Counted from the first letter of the stretch, positions 1 to 11,433 are shown. The stretch: 64,000 bases of DNA from Paraspadella gotoi (GCA_051294375.1 CM119270.1:9859530-9923529), one strand, 5' to 3'. A program made the numbers and translations. The notes: a model not told the origin generated them from the letters alone.

Positions 1-99
1 AAGGGGATTTTTCAGGGCAGGAATGATTTTTTGCTGGCAGGACCAGTCATTTTTCGAACAAAAGCTTAGGAAATCTGGGAAGTATGTAATGGTGATAGG

Positions 100-2095
100 A
101 AAACAGGTATAACAAAGGTTATCAAGGGTACATAAAATGGGGAGAAGGGAGAGGGAAGGTTTGTAGACCCCGAGACCGAGAGGAGAAGATGTGATGCCGA
201 TCTCCAAGACCCTGATCATTGACTCGAGGATGAAGAGGAGGGGATGACGAAAAGAGGAGGAGGAGACGTTGAAAGGGGGGAGAGAAGACCCGGAGGGGAG
301 AAAGTCCCTGTCGATAAGGTGAGCCTCTATCCTGAGCCCCTCTCTTGGTCGGAGAATGTCTTGAATGTCTCAGGTGCGCGTCGCCATCATCTTGGTGTGG
401 GCGTGGAGTTTGTGGAGAGTCAGGGGCAGAGGCAGACGCCGGTCGGGTCAGGCGGATTGGTGGACGCGATGTTTGGGGTGGGGGGATGTCGTCTTAAGCT
501 CCTCTAGAGTCGACCCCTTGAATGGGTTGGCTGGTTTTGTTGGAAGAGGCGCTGGGCGAAGGTTGGAAGGCGGAAGGAATTGGTTTTTCGTCTTGAGTCT
601 TGTACGGGGTCAGTTTTTTTTTTGGGGGGGGACGGGAAGTACAATTGCTCAAGAGGAGGGAAAGGCACGCTACTTTTTATAATCAAAATGATTTTTTTTG
701 TTTTTCGGTATTTTTTTTTCAAAGAATTTCAAAATATATTTGGGTCTCAAAGAAATGGTAATTGGTAAAAATAATTGGTAATAATTGGTAATAATTGGTA
801 ATAATAATTGGTAATAATTAGTAATAATAATTGGTAATAATTGGTAATTGGTAAATGGTAATTGTGTTATAAAAAATGAAAATCAATCCAGTTTCTTTAG
901 AATATTTAACAAGAAAAAATGAGAGAAAAAGATGGTGAAACTATCAAGAGACTATACTGTAAAACTAAAAATTAAACACACTACGAGATGATGAAACACA
1001 CAATCTAAATAAGAAACTGGAAACGTTCCAATGATAATTAAAATTTGTTTTAGAAATTTTAAAATTAGAAATTTTACGGGAAAAGAAATTTAAGAAATAA
1101 AATGTAGTCAGTAGCCATAAATCATACAGTGAAACTAGAAATAAAATGCGCTAAGAATTGATAAAACTCGCAAGGAAATATTCAACGAGAAGCAACTTTT
1201 GTTCAGAGGAAAATTTCAAAATGTTTAGAATATTTTTAGTTCAAAAGTAAAAATTTAAAATCCAGAAACTAAAATTCTACTTTTCTGGAATTTCAAAGGA
1301 AAAAAGACAAGTGCAATAATGGTGAGGGAGTTTTACGGAAAGACCATTGATGTTGGTTTCATGAAGGTCGTAGTCGGTCACCAACGTAGGAAAGATGACG
1401 ATGTAGCGGAACATCGTCAGAAAGACTGGGATTTCGCCGGAGAGTCTCCGAGAGGGAGAGGTAATTTTTATTTTATTTTAATGATTTGGGAGTCCGTGAA
1501 AAGGGGAGATGCGCAGGAGAGAGATAGAAGGGGGGGAGTGGGTTGGGGTGGGGAAGTAGGAAGAAGTAGAGAAATGAGAGGAAGTGGAAGGGTTTTTAGC
1601 GATCTTAGAATCCCCATCGTCATCGTCGCCGTCGCCTTCGTCATCGTCTTGACTTGACTTGACTTGAAAGGCATTCGTCCAACGAGGGACAACCTCACTC
1701 TCAAAGCTGTCTAAGATGGTAGACTTGAGACTTGCCTTGAGAGGCTGCAGCCAGAATGTTGTTTAATTAGGGTGGGGAAAGATAGAGGAAGAGAGGGAGA
1801 GAGGAGGAGGGAGGGAGGGGATTGGGAAGGTGAGGAAGAGGGGGGAGGTGACCAGGTCGGCTGGGCCTGACCCACTCCGTTACTCAAGAAAACAGATCGG
1901 GATTCCGCCTTTCGGCTTTTCCTTCTCCTTGATCGCTTGAGCCTCCCGTCTCTTTTGCCATCCGAAAGGATGTTCCCGCTAGCACCGCGTGGAGGTAGAG
2001 ACGTACTGCTATCGTCGTCGCTATCGTCGTCGCTATCGTCCTCGCCATCGTCGTCGCCGTCCCGGTTTGTTTGACCTAAAGGCAGACTCCGTACC
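100..2095 (-). other. Possible low-complexity coding exons of an unidentified host gene (frames broken)
   Basis: GC-richer islands (~130-600, ~1320-2090) in an AT-rich background. The minus strand reads as D/S/P/R-rich peptide (RDGDDDGEDDSDDDSDDDSSTSLPPRG...KRSRRRKSRK), but stops and shifts interrupt it and no family is recognisable. Confidence 0.25.
758..865. repeat. Tandem repeat of TAATTGGTAA(TAA)
   Basis: Directly visible repeated unit. Confidence 0.85.
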
Positions 2096-2569
2096 TGTCT
2101 GATTTAAATGTGTTATTGTGACTTTTCTAGGCCGTGACCCTTTGTTTAACTTGTTTAACACTGAAAATGAGTTTGACTAAGCCATTGTATTGGGGTTGGT
2201 AAAACTAAACATTATTTTTACATTTTGTTTCTAAAGTGTACATTCGGCAAGGAACAAGGCAAAAAACAAGGGTAACAAAAAGATTTGTTTTCATACACTA
2301 AATCATACAACTTGATTTTTTTATTACTCCAACATACTTAATAAGGCGTAGTAAAATTTCTAAATTTAACTTTAATTAAAATTCTAAAAGTGAAGAACGA
2401 ACAACATTATACTAATAAACATTTATGTAATAAAACAATTTATAATAAATTTTTCAATTTACGCAGTAGGCCATATACTAAACCAATAAATGTTAAAATT
2501 TCAAAACAGTTTTTTCAAAGATTTTTTTGCAGATTTGGATTCGTCATAAAAAGTTGATAAAAAGAAATA

Positions 2570-2800
2570 TGTGGATAAGGCGCTACGTGAGCTGAAGATG
2601 ACTGTCCATAAATTCTATAACCCCCTCGAGCAGCCATGGAACGGGTCCCTGGGCTTGGAACCAGGCTTGAGGGTTTGCCATGCCCCAAGGCGGCATACGG
2701 CCGTCCTCACGCTTCCCGCAGGGTAGGTACCGGGTTGGGATTGAACCCGGTACCTAGTGGTCATGAGCTGATGGCTTTACTCAATGAGCCACCGGGTCAC
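2570..2800 (-). mobile_element. tRNA-derived SINE-like repeat
   Basis: The minus strand begins GACCCGGTGGCTCATTGAG (A-box-like), then CTCATGA, then GGGTTCAATCCC (B-box-like), followed by a GC-rich body in AT-rich flanks. Confidence 0.5.
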
Positions 2801-3089
2801 AACTAAAAGTGTTATGATTCTAGGCGGGGTGAACCTAAGCAATGCCCGACTACAAATATAACTCTTTTTGAAAAATTCCTTCATTAAGTGGGTAAAAAAT
2901 TAGAAAAAGCTATATTTTAAGCTGAAAATTAACTTTTTATATATTAAATATAGTTTTTTTAATTTTTAACCCACTTAATGAAATAATTCAAATTTCAAAT
3001 CTGTAATCAAAATTAAGAAAAGTCTATGTTGATTTCATAAAGATAGTACTATATATCGTTGACGTTTAGTCAAATAACGAGGGTAATTA

Positions 3090-3189
3090 NNNNNNNNNNN
3101 NNNNNNNNNNNNNNNNNNNNNNNNNNNNNNNNNNNNNNNNNNNNNNNNNNNNNNNNNNNNNNNNNNNNNNNNNNNNNNNNNNNNNNNNN
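3090..3189. other. Assembly gap (100 N)
   Basis: N run. Smaller gaps at 24288-24297, 25356-25366, 39216-39241 and 49256-49280. Confidence 0.99.
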
Positions 3190-3239
3190 AAAAAAAATTT
3201 AAAAAATTGGGATTTTGTATGAGAAAAAAGCCCCGAATA

Positions 3240-4925
3240 AAAGTTTTTAGAAAAAAAAAACATCATAATTTTTCAAAAAAAGAACGATCACACAAGAGAT
3301 CGTAAAGAGAAGAAAGAGACAGAAGAGAGAAGAGAGAGAAAGAGAGAGAAAGAGAGAGAAAGAGAGAGAAAGAGAGACAAAGCTGGACAGCTGCTTGAAG
3401 GCCGCTGTACAGTCAGTGCAGAAACTGAACTCGTTTTTTCTGAAATAAAGAATAAAAGAAATAAAAGAAAGGCAAAAATGTTACCAATGGTTTACATTGG
3501 AAATTTTTCCAATTTTTTCTAATCGCAGCTTGTAAAAGATTTTATTTTTTATTTGTATTAAAATTTAAGATATAGCTTCTCATTAAAAGTTATTTTAGTT
3601 CCCATTTTTATTAAGAGATTTAAAAAAAAAAATTTTTTGAATTTCATCTTCAATATTATATACTGCAATATGTAAATTAGATTAAAGCATTTCTATATAC
3701 TAATTTGGATATGATAATGAGTACTTTATAATCTCATTTGGATATTGCAGTAAATCATAATGAAGTGGAAATTCAAACAAAAAATACTTAAATCCAAATG
3801 TAATAAGAAAATATCAAAGCTATTTCAAGATGAGAAGCCATATCTAAATTTTTAACTTACTATGAATGCACACTTTTGTAAAAACTTTATCATATTTATA
3901 ATAATTTTTATTTTAAAAAAAAAAACGGTAAGTCACAGCAAACCTATAAAAGGTAGTAGTTTATATACAAAAAACAGCGTGACGGCCGACGACGACGACG
4001 ACGACGCCGACGACGACGACGACTACGTCACAAAGAAGCTCACCCGAATCAATATTCAAGCCTGAACCGGCTTCGCCGGTCATGGCTGATAAAAACTACT
4101 ACGCTTTTATAGTTTGGCTGTGACTTACCGTTTTTTTATCGAGCCTTGACCGCGAAGCCGGTCAGCCTCTATAATGTTTAGGTTGCTTCTTTGGACGTCG
4201 TCGTCGTCGTCGTCGCATCGTCTCGTCGTCCGTCACGCTGTTTTGTATATAAACTACTACGCTTTTATAGTTTGGCTGTGACTTACCGTTTTTTTTTAAA
4301 TAAAAATTATTATGAAATTATTATAAAGTTTACAAAAGTGTGCGATCATAGTAAGTTAAAAAATTAGAATATGGCTTCTCACTGAAATAGGCTTTGATAT
4401 TTTTCTCATTACATTTGGATTTAAGTATTTTTTGTTTGAATTTCACTTCATTATGATTTAAAACTGAGCAATATGCCAATGAGATTATAGTACCATTATA
4501 ATATCCAAATTAAGTATATAGAAATGCATTAAGCTAATTTACATATTGCAGTAATATAATATGAAGATGAAATTCAAAAAAATTTTTTTTAAATTCTAAT
4601 AAAAATGGGAACTCAAAGGATTTTTTTATGAGAAGCTATATCTTAATTTTTAATACAAATAAAAATAAAATCTTTTACAAGCTGCGATTGGAAAAAATTG
4701 GAAAATTTCCATTGTAAACCAATTGTAACATTTTTGCTTATCTTTTTATTTATTTTTTAATTATATATATATTTTTTTTCAGGCGCGGCCTTTTCTGAAT
4801 CGTTTAAAAATCGAGTTCAGTCTCTCTCTGTCCTCTCTTTGTGTGCGTCCCTGTCTCTCTCTGTACGACTCTTGGTGATCGTTCGTTTTTTGAAAATTCT
4901 TGATTATTTTTTTTCTTTCTAAAAA
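3240..4925. repeat. ~1.7 kb imperfect palindrome centred near 4110, with two opposed copies of a (GAC)n-containing hairpin-ended repeat
   Basis: 3470-4090 is the reverse complement of ~4140-4740 (e.g. AATCGCAGCTTGTAAAAGA / TCTTTTACAAGCTGCGATT). Each arm has ACGGTAAGTCACAGC..., (GAC)n and an ACCGGCTTCGC(C)GGT hairpin. Confidence 0.85.
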
Positions 4926-5019
4926 ACATATATATTTGATCAGGCGCTGCTTTCTGAATCGTTTAAAAAATCTTAAAAGCAATAGAAATCGAGCCAGCTT
5001 TCGATGGTAACCAAATATT

Positions 5020-5190
5020 AATGCGATGAATAACTAAATATGATGCGAATGAATAACCAGTTATAATTGATGCGATGATAATAAAATAACTGATGTGATG
5101 ATATCAAATGATTGATGCGATGATAGTCATTCATTGATGTGATGATAATCATTCATTGATAGAATGATAATCATTCATTGATGCGATGAT
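5020..5190. repeat. ~22-bp minisatellite (ATTGATGCGATGATAGTCATTC)
   Basis: Visible tandem units; a related array lies at ~51420-51500. Confidence 0.75.
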
Positions 5191-5503
5191 ATTATAAAGT
5201 AAAAAAGGCTATTTTTCGAGAACCTAATTTAAATGTCTGTCTATCAAGTCACAATGCCGGTGTAGAACGTACAAGTATTGTATTTAATTGTAGTGATCAT
5301 GTCAATATACTCTTAACTAATCAAGCAAGTGAGCATTGACCGGAATCATCAGCAACTACTTTGTTTATTTTCATCCCCGCCGGCTCCGCTTTCTCTGCAA
5401 ACTGGCTAAGAGATAATTCTAACTTGCCTAGATACGAGAGTAAACAAACGGTTTCTAAGAGTCGGATTCGTCATTAGCAGCGCCTCGTCGACTATTCGGC
5501 ACA
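5187..5503 (-). repeat. 3' LTR of BEL element
   Basis: Direct repeat of 18910-19285 with an internal ~60-bp deletion. On the minus strand it starts TGTGCCG immediately after the polypurine tract GGGGGGAG (5511-5504). Confidence 0.9.
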
Positions 5504-5771
5504 CTCCCCCCGGTCGACCCCTCGACCATAAGCACCGAATATTCGACCATGCGGAAGCCGGCTCTTCGCCCGTCGGCAATACAGCGCCTGTTGACGTCCG
5601 TTCATGACGACGAGGTGAACGAATTCGCGTCTGCTCCCCCATTTCCGGTCGGCCCCAAACCCTCGCTCTGCTGGTGAGTGTTCTCCACGTAGCAGTCCTC
5701 TTCCGATTCGACATCTTCTTCCCGTTGCCTGCGCGTATGTCTGCTGTGCGGGCGCCTTCTGAAGTCGTCTC

Positions 5772-6361
5772 TTAGTTGACGCCTCGACCTTTTATCGCAG
5801 CGTTTGTTTCGACTCCCCGTCTTCTCGAGGCGGCGCCCGGCGTCGTCTCCTTGACGAAGCCTGGGACTTCCGCTTCTCTGACCCGTCCTTTCGGTGTCTC
5901 GGCGTCTTTGGCGTCTTCTGCTTCCTTTTCTTGCTTAACGTGACGTTGCCCGTCGTCGCGACATCTGCGTCTCCACTTTTCGAGGCGGCGCCCGGCATCG
6001 TCTCTTGACGACGCCTGGGGCTTCCGCCGTACTTCAATGAAGACCGTCTCCTGATTTGCTCGTCGAGGATCGTGCCGCGATTTAGTCTTTCGTGCGTCGC
6101 CAGCTGCTGACTTTGATCTTTGTCTTTTTCTCTGCTTGACCGGAACCATGAACGTGCTTGCGTGTGTAAGTAATGGGAGTGTGCGTGCCATTCGAAACCG
6201 ACCATCATGAGTTCTCGCCCGTAATCTCCTCCCCCTTTTTTGCACTCAAAAAAAGTTTGTTTGAAGGAATAATCTGCCCAAGGGTAATTGATTTGATCAA
6301 CATTTAAATTTATGAACAATGAGCAGTAAGTATATTTTAAACAATGACGTAACACAACCAA
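5772..6361 (-). CDS. BEL accessory region, basic K/R-rich ORF(s); frame uncertain
   Basis: Overlapping ORFs 5792-6361 and 5772-6245, with an internal ~47-bp direct repeat (5827-5873 and 5981-6027). Confidence 0.35.
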
Positions 6362-6461
6362 CGAGATCTAAAGACTGTACCGTAATTTTCTGGCCTCGTC
6401 ACGCTCGACATGGCCCTCGTTCATAAGCAATAAATCGCGGAAAGTACTTTTGATTTCAGAG

Positions 6462-7736
6462 TTACATTTTTCGTTTTCTCGTGGCGTCCTTTGCCCATCC
6501 TGGGTAACCTTCGCGTCTTGGCGGTGGCGGTGGAGGTGGTGGAGACGCCGCTGGTTGAAGTCTTGGCAGCTTGTGTTTTCTGAATGGCGCCGCTTTTGGA
6601 CGTGGCGGCGATTTTGTGAGCGATTCTTTTCCAGGTGGAGGATGAAACGTCGCTAGTCGTGAATTTTCCTCCGGAGATGGAGATCTCGGGTAAGGGCACG
6701 AGAGTTTCTCAACTTTGTCCTGAAGTTTCCCGTAGGCTTGAGCCCAGAGCCTCTCCGTGTTTGCGTGTCTTTTCTTCGCCTCCGTTCTCTCCGCTTCGAG
6801 TTTCACCTCCGCTTCGAGTCTCTTTTCTATCTCTTTTTTCAGGTCCTCCTTTAACTCCACTATCTGTCTCCTCAGCTCTGCCTTTTCAAACTCCGCTCTC
6901 ATAATTTCTTGTGCCTTTCTCCTCTCCTTCATCTCCATCAGCTCCCATTCTCTTCCATCTAGCCTTGATTGTGTCGCGACATTCGATGTTCCCTTTACAT
7001 GATCTGCTTCGTCTTCCTTGGTCGTCGTTTCCTGCGGTTCCCCGTTTGTCGCTGAAGTTGTTTTCGTCTTCGCATATTTAACTGCCGGCGTTGTGTCATC
7101 AAATACTACGATGCGTGTTGATGTTGTTGACGTCGTCGTCGTCATTTTTTGTCTCGTTTCTTGACGTTCGTCATTTGTTGGAGTCGTTGGCGTTGAAACT
7201 CTTGCGTTTGTAGTCGGTCTCACCATTCTCGCCTTTTTCTTCATCGCCTCTTCGTCGGTTCCGTTTCTAATCATTTCGACGAGCTCTTCGAAGTCCTTTT
7301 CACTCCAACCTCTTTCTCTTGCCGCCCGTCTCCACCCTTTTTTAATTCTGTAGATCATAGTTTTCTTTTCTTTCGGTGCCACGAATCCTACTTTGAAATA
7401 TTTTTCATCGCCAGATCCGATTATTATTGGAATGTTAAAATCCTTTAACGCTTGGCGGTGCGGCGGTAGCTCGGTGCGCTTCAAGAATTGTTTCACGAAG
7501 TCGTCGTCCTGTTCCGTTTTCTCCGTCTCGAGTGGCCCTGTCGCGACGATTTCGTTGATCGAAGTTGAACTGTCCACCGTGATTGTTTCTAGGCTGCCGC
7601 TCGCCAGGTCCCGGGCGAAAGGCATTGCGCCGTATACTTGTTCCTTCTCTTGATCCGTGGGCGTCCACCACATCGCGATTTCTTCGTCTTCCAAGATTCC
7701 AAAGGCGTTGGGTTCGAGCCCGGTTGGAGTGTCCAT
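6462..7736 (-). CDS. BEL accessory protein (~424 aa): N-terminal globular part, Thr-rich linker, coiled coil, Pro-rich tail
   Basis: Long ORF; likely start MDTP at 7736, downstream of acceptor ATTTCAG (7800). No signal peptide or TM segment, so not env. Confidence 0.75.
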   Translation of the reverse strand: MDTPTGLEPNAFGILEDEEIAMWWTPTDQEKEQVYGAMPFARDLASGSLETITVDSSTSINEIVATGPLETEKTEQDDDFVKQFLKRTELPPHRQALKDFNIPIIIGSGDEKYFKVGFVAPKEKKTMIYRIKKGWRRAARERGWSEKDFEELVEMIRNGTDEEAMKKKARMVRPTTNARVSTPTTPTNDERQETRQKMTTTTSTTSTRIVVFDDTTPAVKYAKTKTTSATNGEPQETTTKEDEADHVKGTSNVATQSRLDGREWELMEMKERRKAQEIMRAEFEKAELRRQIVELKEDLKKEIEKRLEAEVKLEAERTEAKKRHANTERLWAQAYGKLQDKVEKLSCPYPRSPSPEENSRLATFHPPPGKESLTKSPPRPKAAPFRKHKLPRLQPAASPPPPPPPPRREGYPGWAKDATRKRKM

Positions 7737-7942
7737 CTTCTCCTGTTGTCGGTTTTTCACGTAAGTTTTATTTTGTATTTTCACGAATTGTTTGTTTATC
7801 TGAAATTCCCTGTATAAATTTGTTCGAAAACAATAAACAATTGTGACTCAACGGACTTAATGAACAATTTAAATTTGTTTCACACGCAGAATTTATTTAT
7901 CATGCATAGTTTGTAAATTTTCTTTGAACGGTGTCCATTTGT

Positions 7943-8299
7943 TTATTCGTTTTTCTCGTTCGCGAATAAGTATCTGATCCCTTCGAACGCTCTTTCCTCT
8001 TCTTCCTTGCGTCTTCTTTCTTTTACTTCGGCTTCCAGTTGTCTGATGATGCGTCCCCAATCCGTTTGACGCATCCTCTCCAGATTCGCCTCCATTTCTG
8101 GGTTGTTATGGGCTTCGTCCGCGTAAATTTGCCATCCTTGGTCGTTTTCGCTTTCCTCAACTTGTTGTATGGTGATTGTCGGCCCGTCGAATTCGTATTG
8201 ATGTGCTGGGCGTCCTATCTCCATCGTGTTCTCCAGTCCCGGCATGTCTTCGTCTTCTTCTTCTTCTTGTATCTCTATCGGCTCTTCATTCAGGCCCAT
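7943..8299 (-). CDS. BEL accessory acidic protein (118 aa)
   Basis: AAAATG start, acceptor TTATTTCAG at 8325, protein-like composition. Confidence 0.65.
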   Translation of the reverse strand: MGLNEEPIEIQEEEEDEDMPGLENTMEIGRPAHQYEFDGPTITIQQVEESENDQGWQIYADEAHNNPEMEANLERMRQTDWGRIIRQLEAEVKERRRKEEEERAFEGIRYLFANEKNE

Positions 8300-8445
8300 T
8301 TTAGTTGAGTATTACTTTTTTTCACTGAAATAACTGGTAATGAAACCGTTTAAAAAAAACAAGTAAAAAAAAACAGAGACGTGACGTCAAAAAAAAACGA
8401 GCAGCGTTCATCGTCTTCCACGTCGTCCCCTTTCTTCTAGCCCTT

Positions 8446-8953
8446 TTATTGGCTCGCCGCGTTGTCGTTCATCGATTCTACCCACTGAAATGTATTCGTT
8501 TTAATTTTCTTTTCCTTTGTTCATTTAATTTTTTCTGACTTACTTCTTCTTCGTCCGACCAGTCCGATGGCCAATATGGCGAAGGGGTTGGCAGGTAGTA
8601 TTCGTCGTCATCCTAATTAATTCTTTCTCCTTTCTTTATTTTTTGTTTATTAATTTATGTGTGTGTTTTGATCTTACTTCTTCGCTCGAGTCGGCGATTT
8701 TCCACATCTCCGACTCCATCTCTCGCCTTCCCGCCCCGAAGACTTCTTCTTCTTCGTCGTCGTCGTCGACGTCGACCGGGACCTCGGCGGCGTCGATGGT
8801 GTTGGCGTCGTCGTGAGTGGCGACGGAGTTGGCGTCGTCGCGAGTGGCGACGGTTGCCGGTGCCACGACGTTGGCGATGACGGCGCCGTCGGCGATGACG
8901 GCAACGGAAACGTCGACTTCGGCGTCGACGACGACTTTTACGACGATGGACAT
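8446..8953 (-). CDS. BEL accessory 3-exon acidic/Val-Ala-rich protein (~127 aa)
   Basis: Exons 8953-8678, 8612-8544 and 8484-8446. Two phase-0 GT-AG introns (65 and 59 nt) join into one open frame. Confidence 0.65.
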
Positions 8954-9067
8954 TTTTTTTATTATAGTACTAAATCTGTGTTTTAATTAAATGCATAAAT
9001 TAAACAGTATTTAAAGAGTTAATGAATCAATCAGGAAAGAGAAAACTTTTTTCTAATTTTGCGATGG

Positions 9068-9298
9068 TCATTTGTTTTCTTTTTCTGGTTTCGCAGCGAT
9101 CCGCATTTCTTGGAAATGTTCCTTTTTTCTCGTTTTGATCCTCATCTCAAGTTTTTCACTTTCTCGTAATTTTTTCGACATGATTATTTTTGGTCTTTCC
9201 GGGTCTACTGAATTTGTCACCGCGACTTCTTTGACCAATATACCGTATTTTCCGAATGCGATTGCCATTTCTCTAATGTCCATTTTGTAATTTCTCAT
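9068..9298 (-). CDS. BEL accessory small basic protein (76 aa)
   Basis: Same-strand ORF within the cassette; no clear acceptor seen. Confidence 0.5.
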   Translation of the reverse strand: MRNYKMDIREMAIAFGKYGILVKEVAVTNSVDPERPKIIMSKKLRESEKLEMRIKTRKKEHFQEMRIAAKPEKENK

Positions 9299-9369
9299 TT
9301 CAACGAAACGTATTTATAATTTTATTTCAATGGTCGAATACTAATACTAACACACGTGTTAACATAATT

Positions 9370-9717
9370 TCATCCCATTATTGTGTCTCTCCCGCCGTCG
9401 TATCGTAGTAATTTGTCTTTCGTCGTCCTTGAAAACACTTTTCCCTCCGCCTCCATCACGTCGGCCCATCTTCTTAAGAATTCGATTCTCCAGCTATACG
9501 CCTCATACTCTTCGTCGAGAGGTAATCCGAGAGCTATGTAGTTGAAGTATAATGTCTCTAACTCCTCTTTGTACGTTTCCATCATCTCCAGTGTGTCTTC
9601 CAGGTTGTCTGGGACATTCCTTTCCGCTCGTGTTCTCTCTCGGTCGCGGAAACTTTGCGGATTCTTCGTTTCGATTTTGGTAAGTTCAAGTTTCTCGTTT
9701 TTTTGTTTAAATGACAT
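9370..9717 (-). CDS. BEL accessory helical protein, apparent paralogue of the 9772 ORF
   Basis: Acceptor TTGCAG (9722) followed by GAAAATG; motifs shared with the neighbouring ORF. Confidence 0.65.
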   Translation of the reverse strand: MSFKQKNEKLELTKIETKNPQSFRDRERTRAERNVPDNLEDTLEMMETYKEELETLYFNYIALGLPLDEEYEAYSWRIEFLRRWADVMEAEGKVFSRTTKDKLLRYDGGRDTIMG

Positions 9718-9771
9718 TTTCCTGCAATTTAACGTAACACTAATTATTTTAAAGTTCATTGGACCATTTTT

Positions 9772-10093
9772 TCAATAAGTGTCTGGCTGGTTCTGGTATC
9801 TTTTTCCCTTAGTGTGGTTTCTCATTTCCCTTTGAAATTCGGAGAATATTCTCTCTTGCGCGTATCTGATTTCTATCCATCTTTCGAAATAGTCTTTCTG
9901 TTTTCTAAAGTCGGCTTTCAATTTCTCTTTCTTTTCCTGGTTTTGCCCGTTCTTTTCTATCTGGTCTCGATAGTAGTTCGCGTACGATGCGGACATCCTC
10001 ATGGCATCCTCGACCGATTGTGGCGTGTCGTCTGTTCCTAGGCACCACTCCATCGTCTTTTTTCGGAACTCTGCTATTATTCTTTCTTTTTCT
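9772..10093 (-). CDS. BEL accessory helical protein or exon, apparent paralogue of the 9370 ORF
   Basis: Acceptor TTATTTAG (10094); first ATG at 10053. Confidence 0.65.
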
Positions 10094-10121
10094 CTAAATA
10101 AATCATGATTTAAACACAATT

Positions 10122-10550
10122 TTATTTATTTTTGCTGTACTTTAATTCTCTCTTTCGTAATGATTTTAATCTTATTTTTCTCTCGAGTTTTTTAATTTTT
10201 TCATTAGTTTCTTTTTCTTCTTTTTCTGTCCTTGTCAGAATTTCGACGTAAATTTTTGAGTTAACATACTTTTTCTCCGATTCGAGGATTTCTATTCCTT
10301 CCGCTTTTCTTTTCTGTAGTATCTTCTTCTTTTCTTTTGTCGTTTCTAATGCCGCTTCCGGATTATCCTTCTCCTTTTCCTCTTCAATCACCTTTTTCTC
10401 ATGTTCTTTGAGTTCGACTTCTGGTAGAATTAGTTCGCGGGTCAGATTAATTGACTCTTGGTATTCTCCTTCTGCCCACAGTTCTTGTCCTCGTTTCCAT
10501 TTTTTGTCTAGTTCGTTTCGTTTGTCTCTGAATCCTTCTGCTAAATCCAT
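10122..10550 (-). CDS. BEL accessory coiled-coil protein
   Basis: TTACAG|ATG: the acceptor abuts the start codon; E/K-rich sequence. Confidence 0.65.
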   Translation of the reverse strand: MDLAEGFRDKRNELDKKWKRGQELWAEGEYQESINLTRELILPEVELKEHEKKVIEEEKEKDNPEAALETTKEKKKILQKRKAEGIEILESEKKYVNSKIYVEILTRTEKEEKETNEKIKKLERKIRLKSLRKRELKYSKNK

Positions 10551-10622
10551 CTGTAATTTATCTTGAAAATTTAACAACAACACAATAATTGATTTTTTGC
10601 GTTATTCTGTTTTTTTACATTT

Positions 10623-10955
10623 TTAATTCGACGATATTTTTGATTCCACCTCAGTTTTTCTTTTTTCTACTCGTTCTTTCATCCTTTCAAATGTTTCTTT
10701 TCTCTCATGGCAAACCTTTTTTGCTTTGTCTAGCGTCTTCAGGATCCGATTCAGCCTTTCGAGGTCCTTCTTTGTTTTTTCCGCTGCTTCGTCTGGTTTT
10801 TCACATGTCTTCGTTTCTTTTTCTTTCAGTTCTTTTTCTCGAAGTATTAACTCGAATGTTTCTTTTTTCCTTTTTTCTCCTTCTTCCATTTTTTCTAGTT
10901 TCTTCCATCTTTCGTCGATGTCGTTCCATTCGCTTGTATCATTCGTCGTCTCCAT
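10623..10955 (-). CDS. BEL accessory coiled-coil protein or exon
   Basis: Acceptor TTCTTTCAG (10971), ATG at 10955. Confidence 0.6.
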   Translation of the reverse strand: METTNDTSEWNDIDERWKKLEKMEEGEKRKKETFELILREKELKEKETKTCEKPDEAAEKTKKDLERLNRILKTLDKAKKVCHERKETFERMKERVEKRKTEVESKISSN

Positions 10956-11019
10956 GACGATTGAAGCTATCTGAAAGAACGACCAAATACTAATTGTACT
11001 ACTCCCTTTTTTATGAGTT

Positions 11020-11433
11020 TCAAACAAATAGTTTTCTATGGGCGAAATGGCGTCTCTGTGGGGCCCGTCTTTTTGGTTTCACGTCGCCGCTTTCCACCGT
11101 CTTCTTCGAGTCGTTTCCCTTTGATTCGGCGTCGTCCTTGTAGCTTTTATCGAATTCTTCCTCTGGGACTCTGAAAATCTTTTCGTAAATTGCGTCGTCG
11201 TCCTCTTCTTTGATGGGAGATGGAACATAAATTTTTCTAAGTTCTTTTGTTAGGTCCGATATTTGTTTCTTTCTTCTTTCCACTGTTTCGAGGATCAAGT
11301 TTATTTCCGTGACTGGCGAGTGATCCCATGTTTGAATCGCCTCTATTTCTTCCCACAAACTGTCGATCATCTTGTCGATTGACGATTTTAATTGCCGTTG
11401 GAAACATGTCTTCACAGTTTCCTCCACGTTCAT
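11020..11433 (-). CDS. BEL accessory protein, first after pol
   Basis: Acceptor AATTTAG (11454), AAAATG start at 11433. Confidence 0.6.
   Translation of the reverse strand: MNVEETVKTCFQRQLKSSIDKMIDSLWEEIEAIQTWDHSPVTEINLILETVERRKKQISDLTKELRKIYVPSPIKEEDDDAIYEKIFRVPEEEFDKSYKDDAESKGNDSKKTVESGDVKPKRRAPQRRHFAHRKLFV

Noticed and set aside
6462-7784. env gene in the BEL element
   Set aside because: No signal peptide, TM anchor or Cys-rich ectodomain in this or any other cassette ORF.
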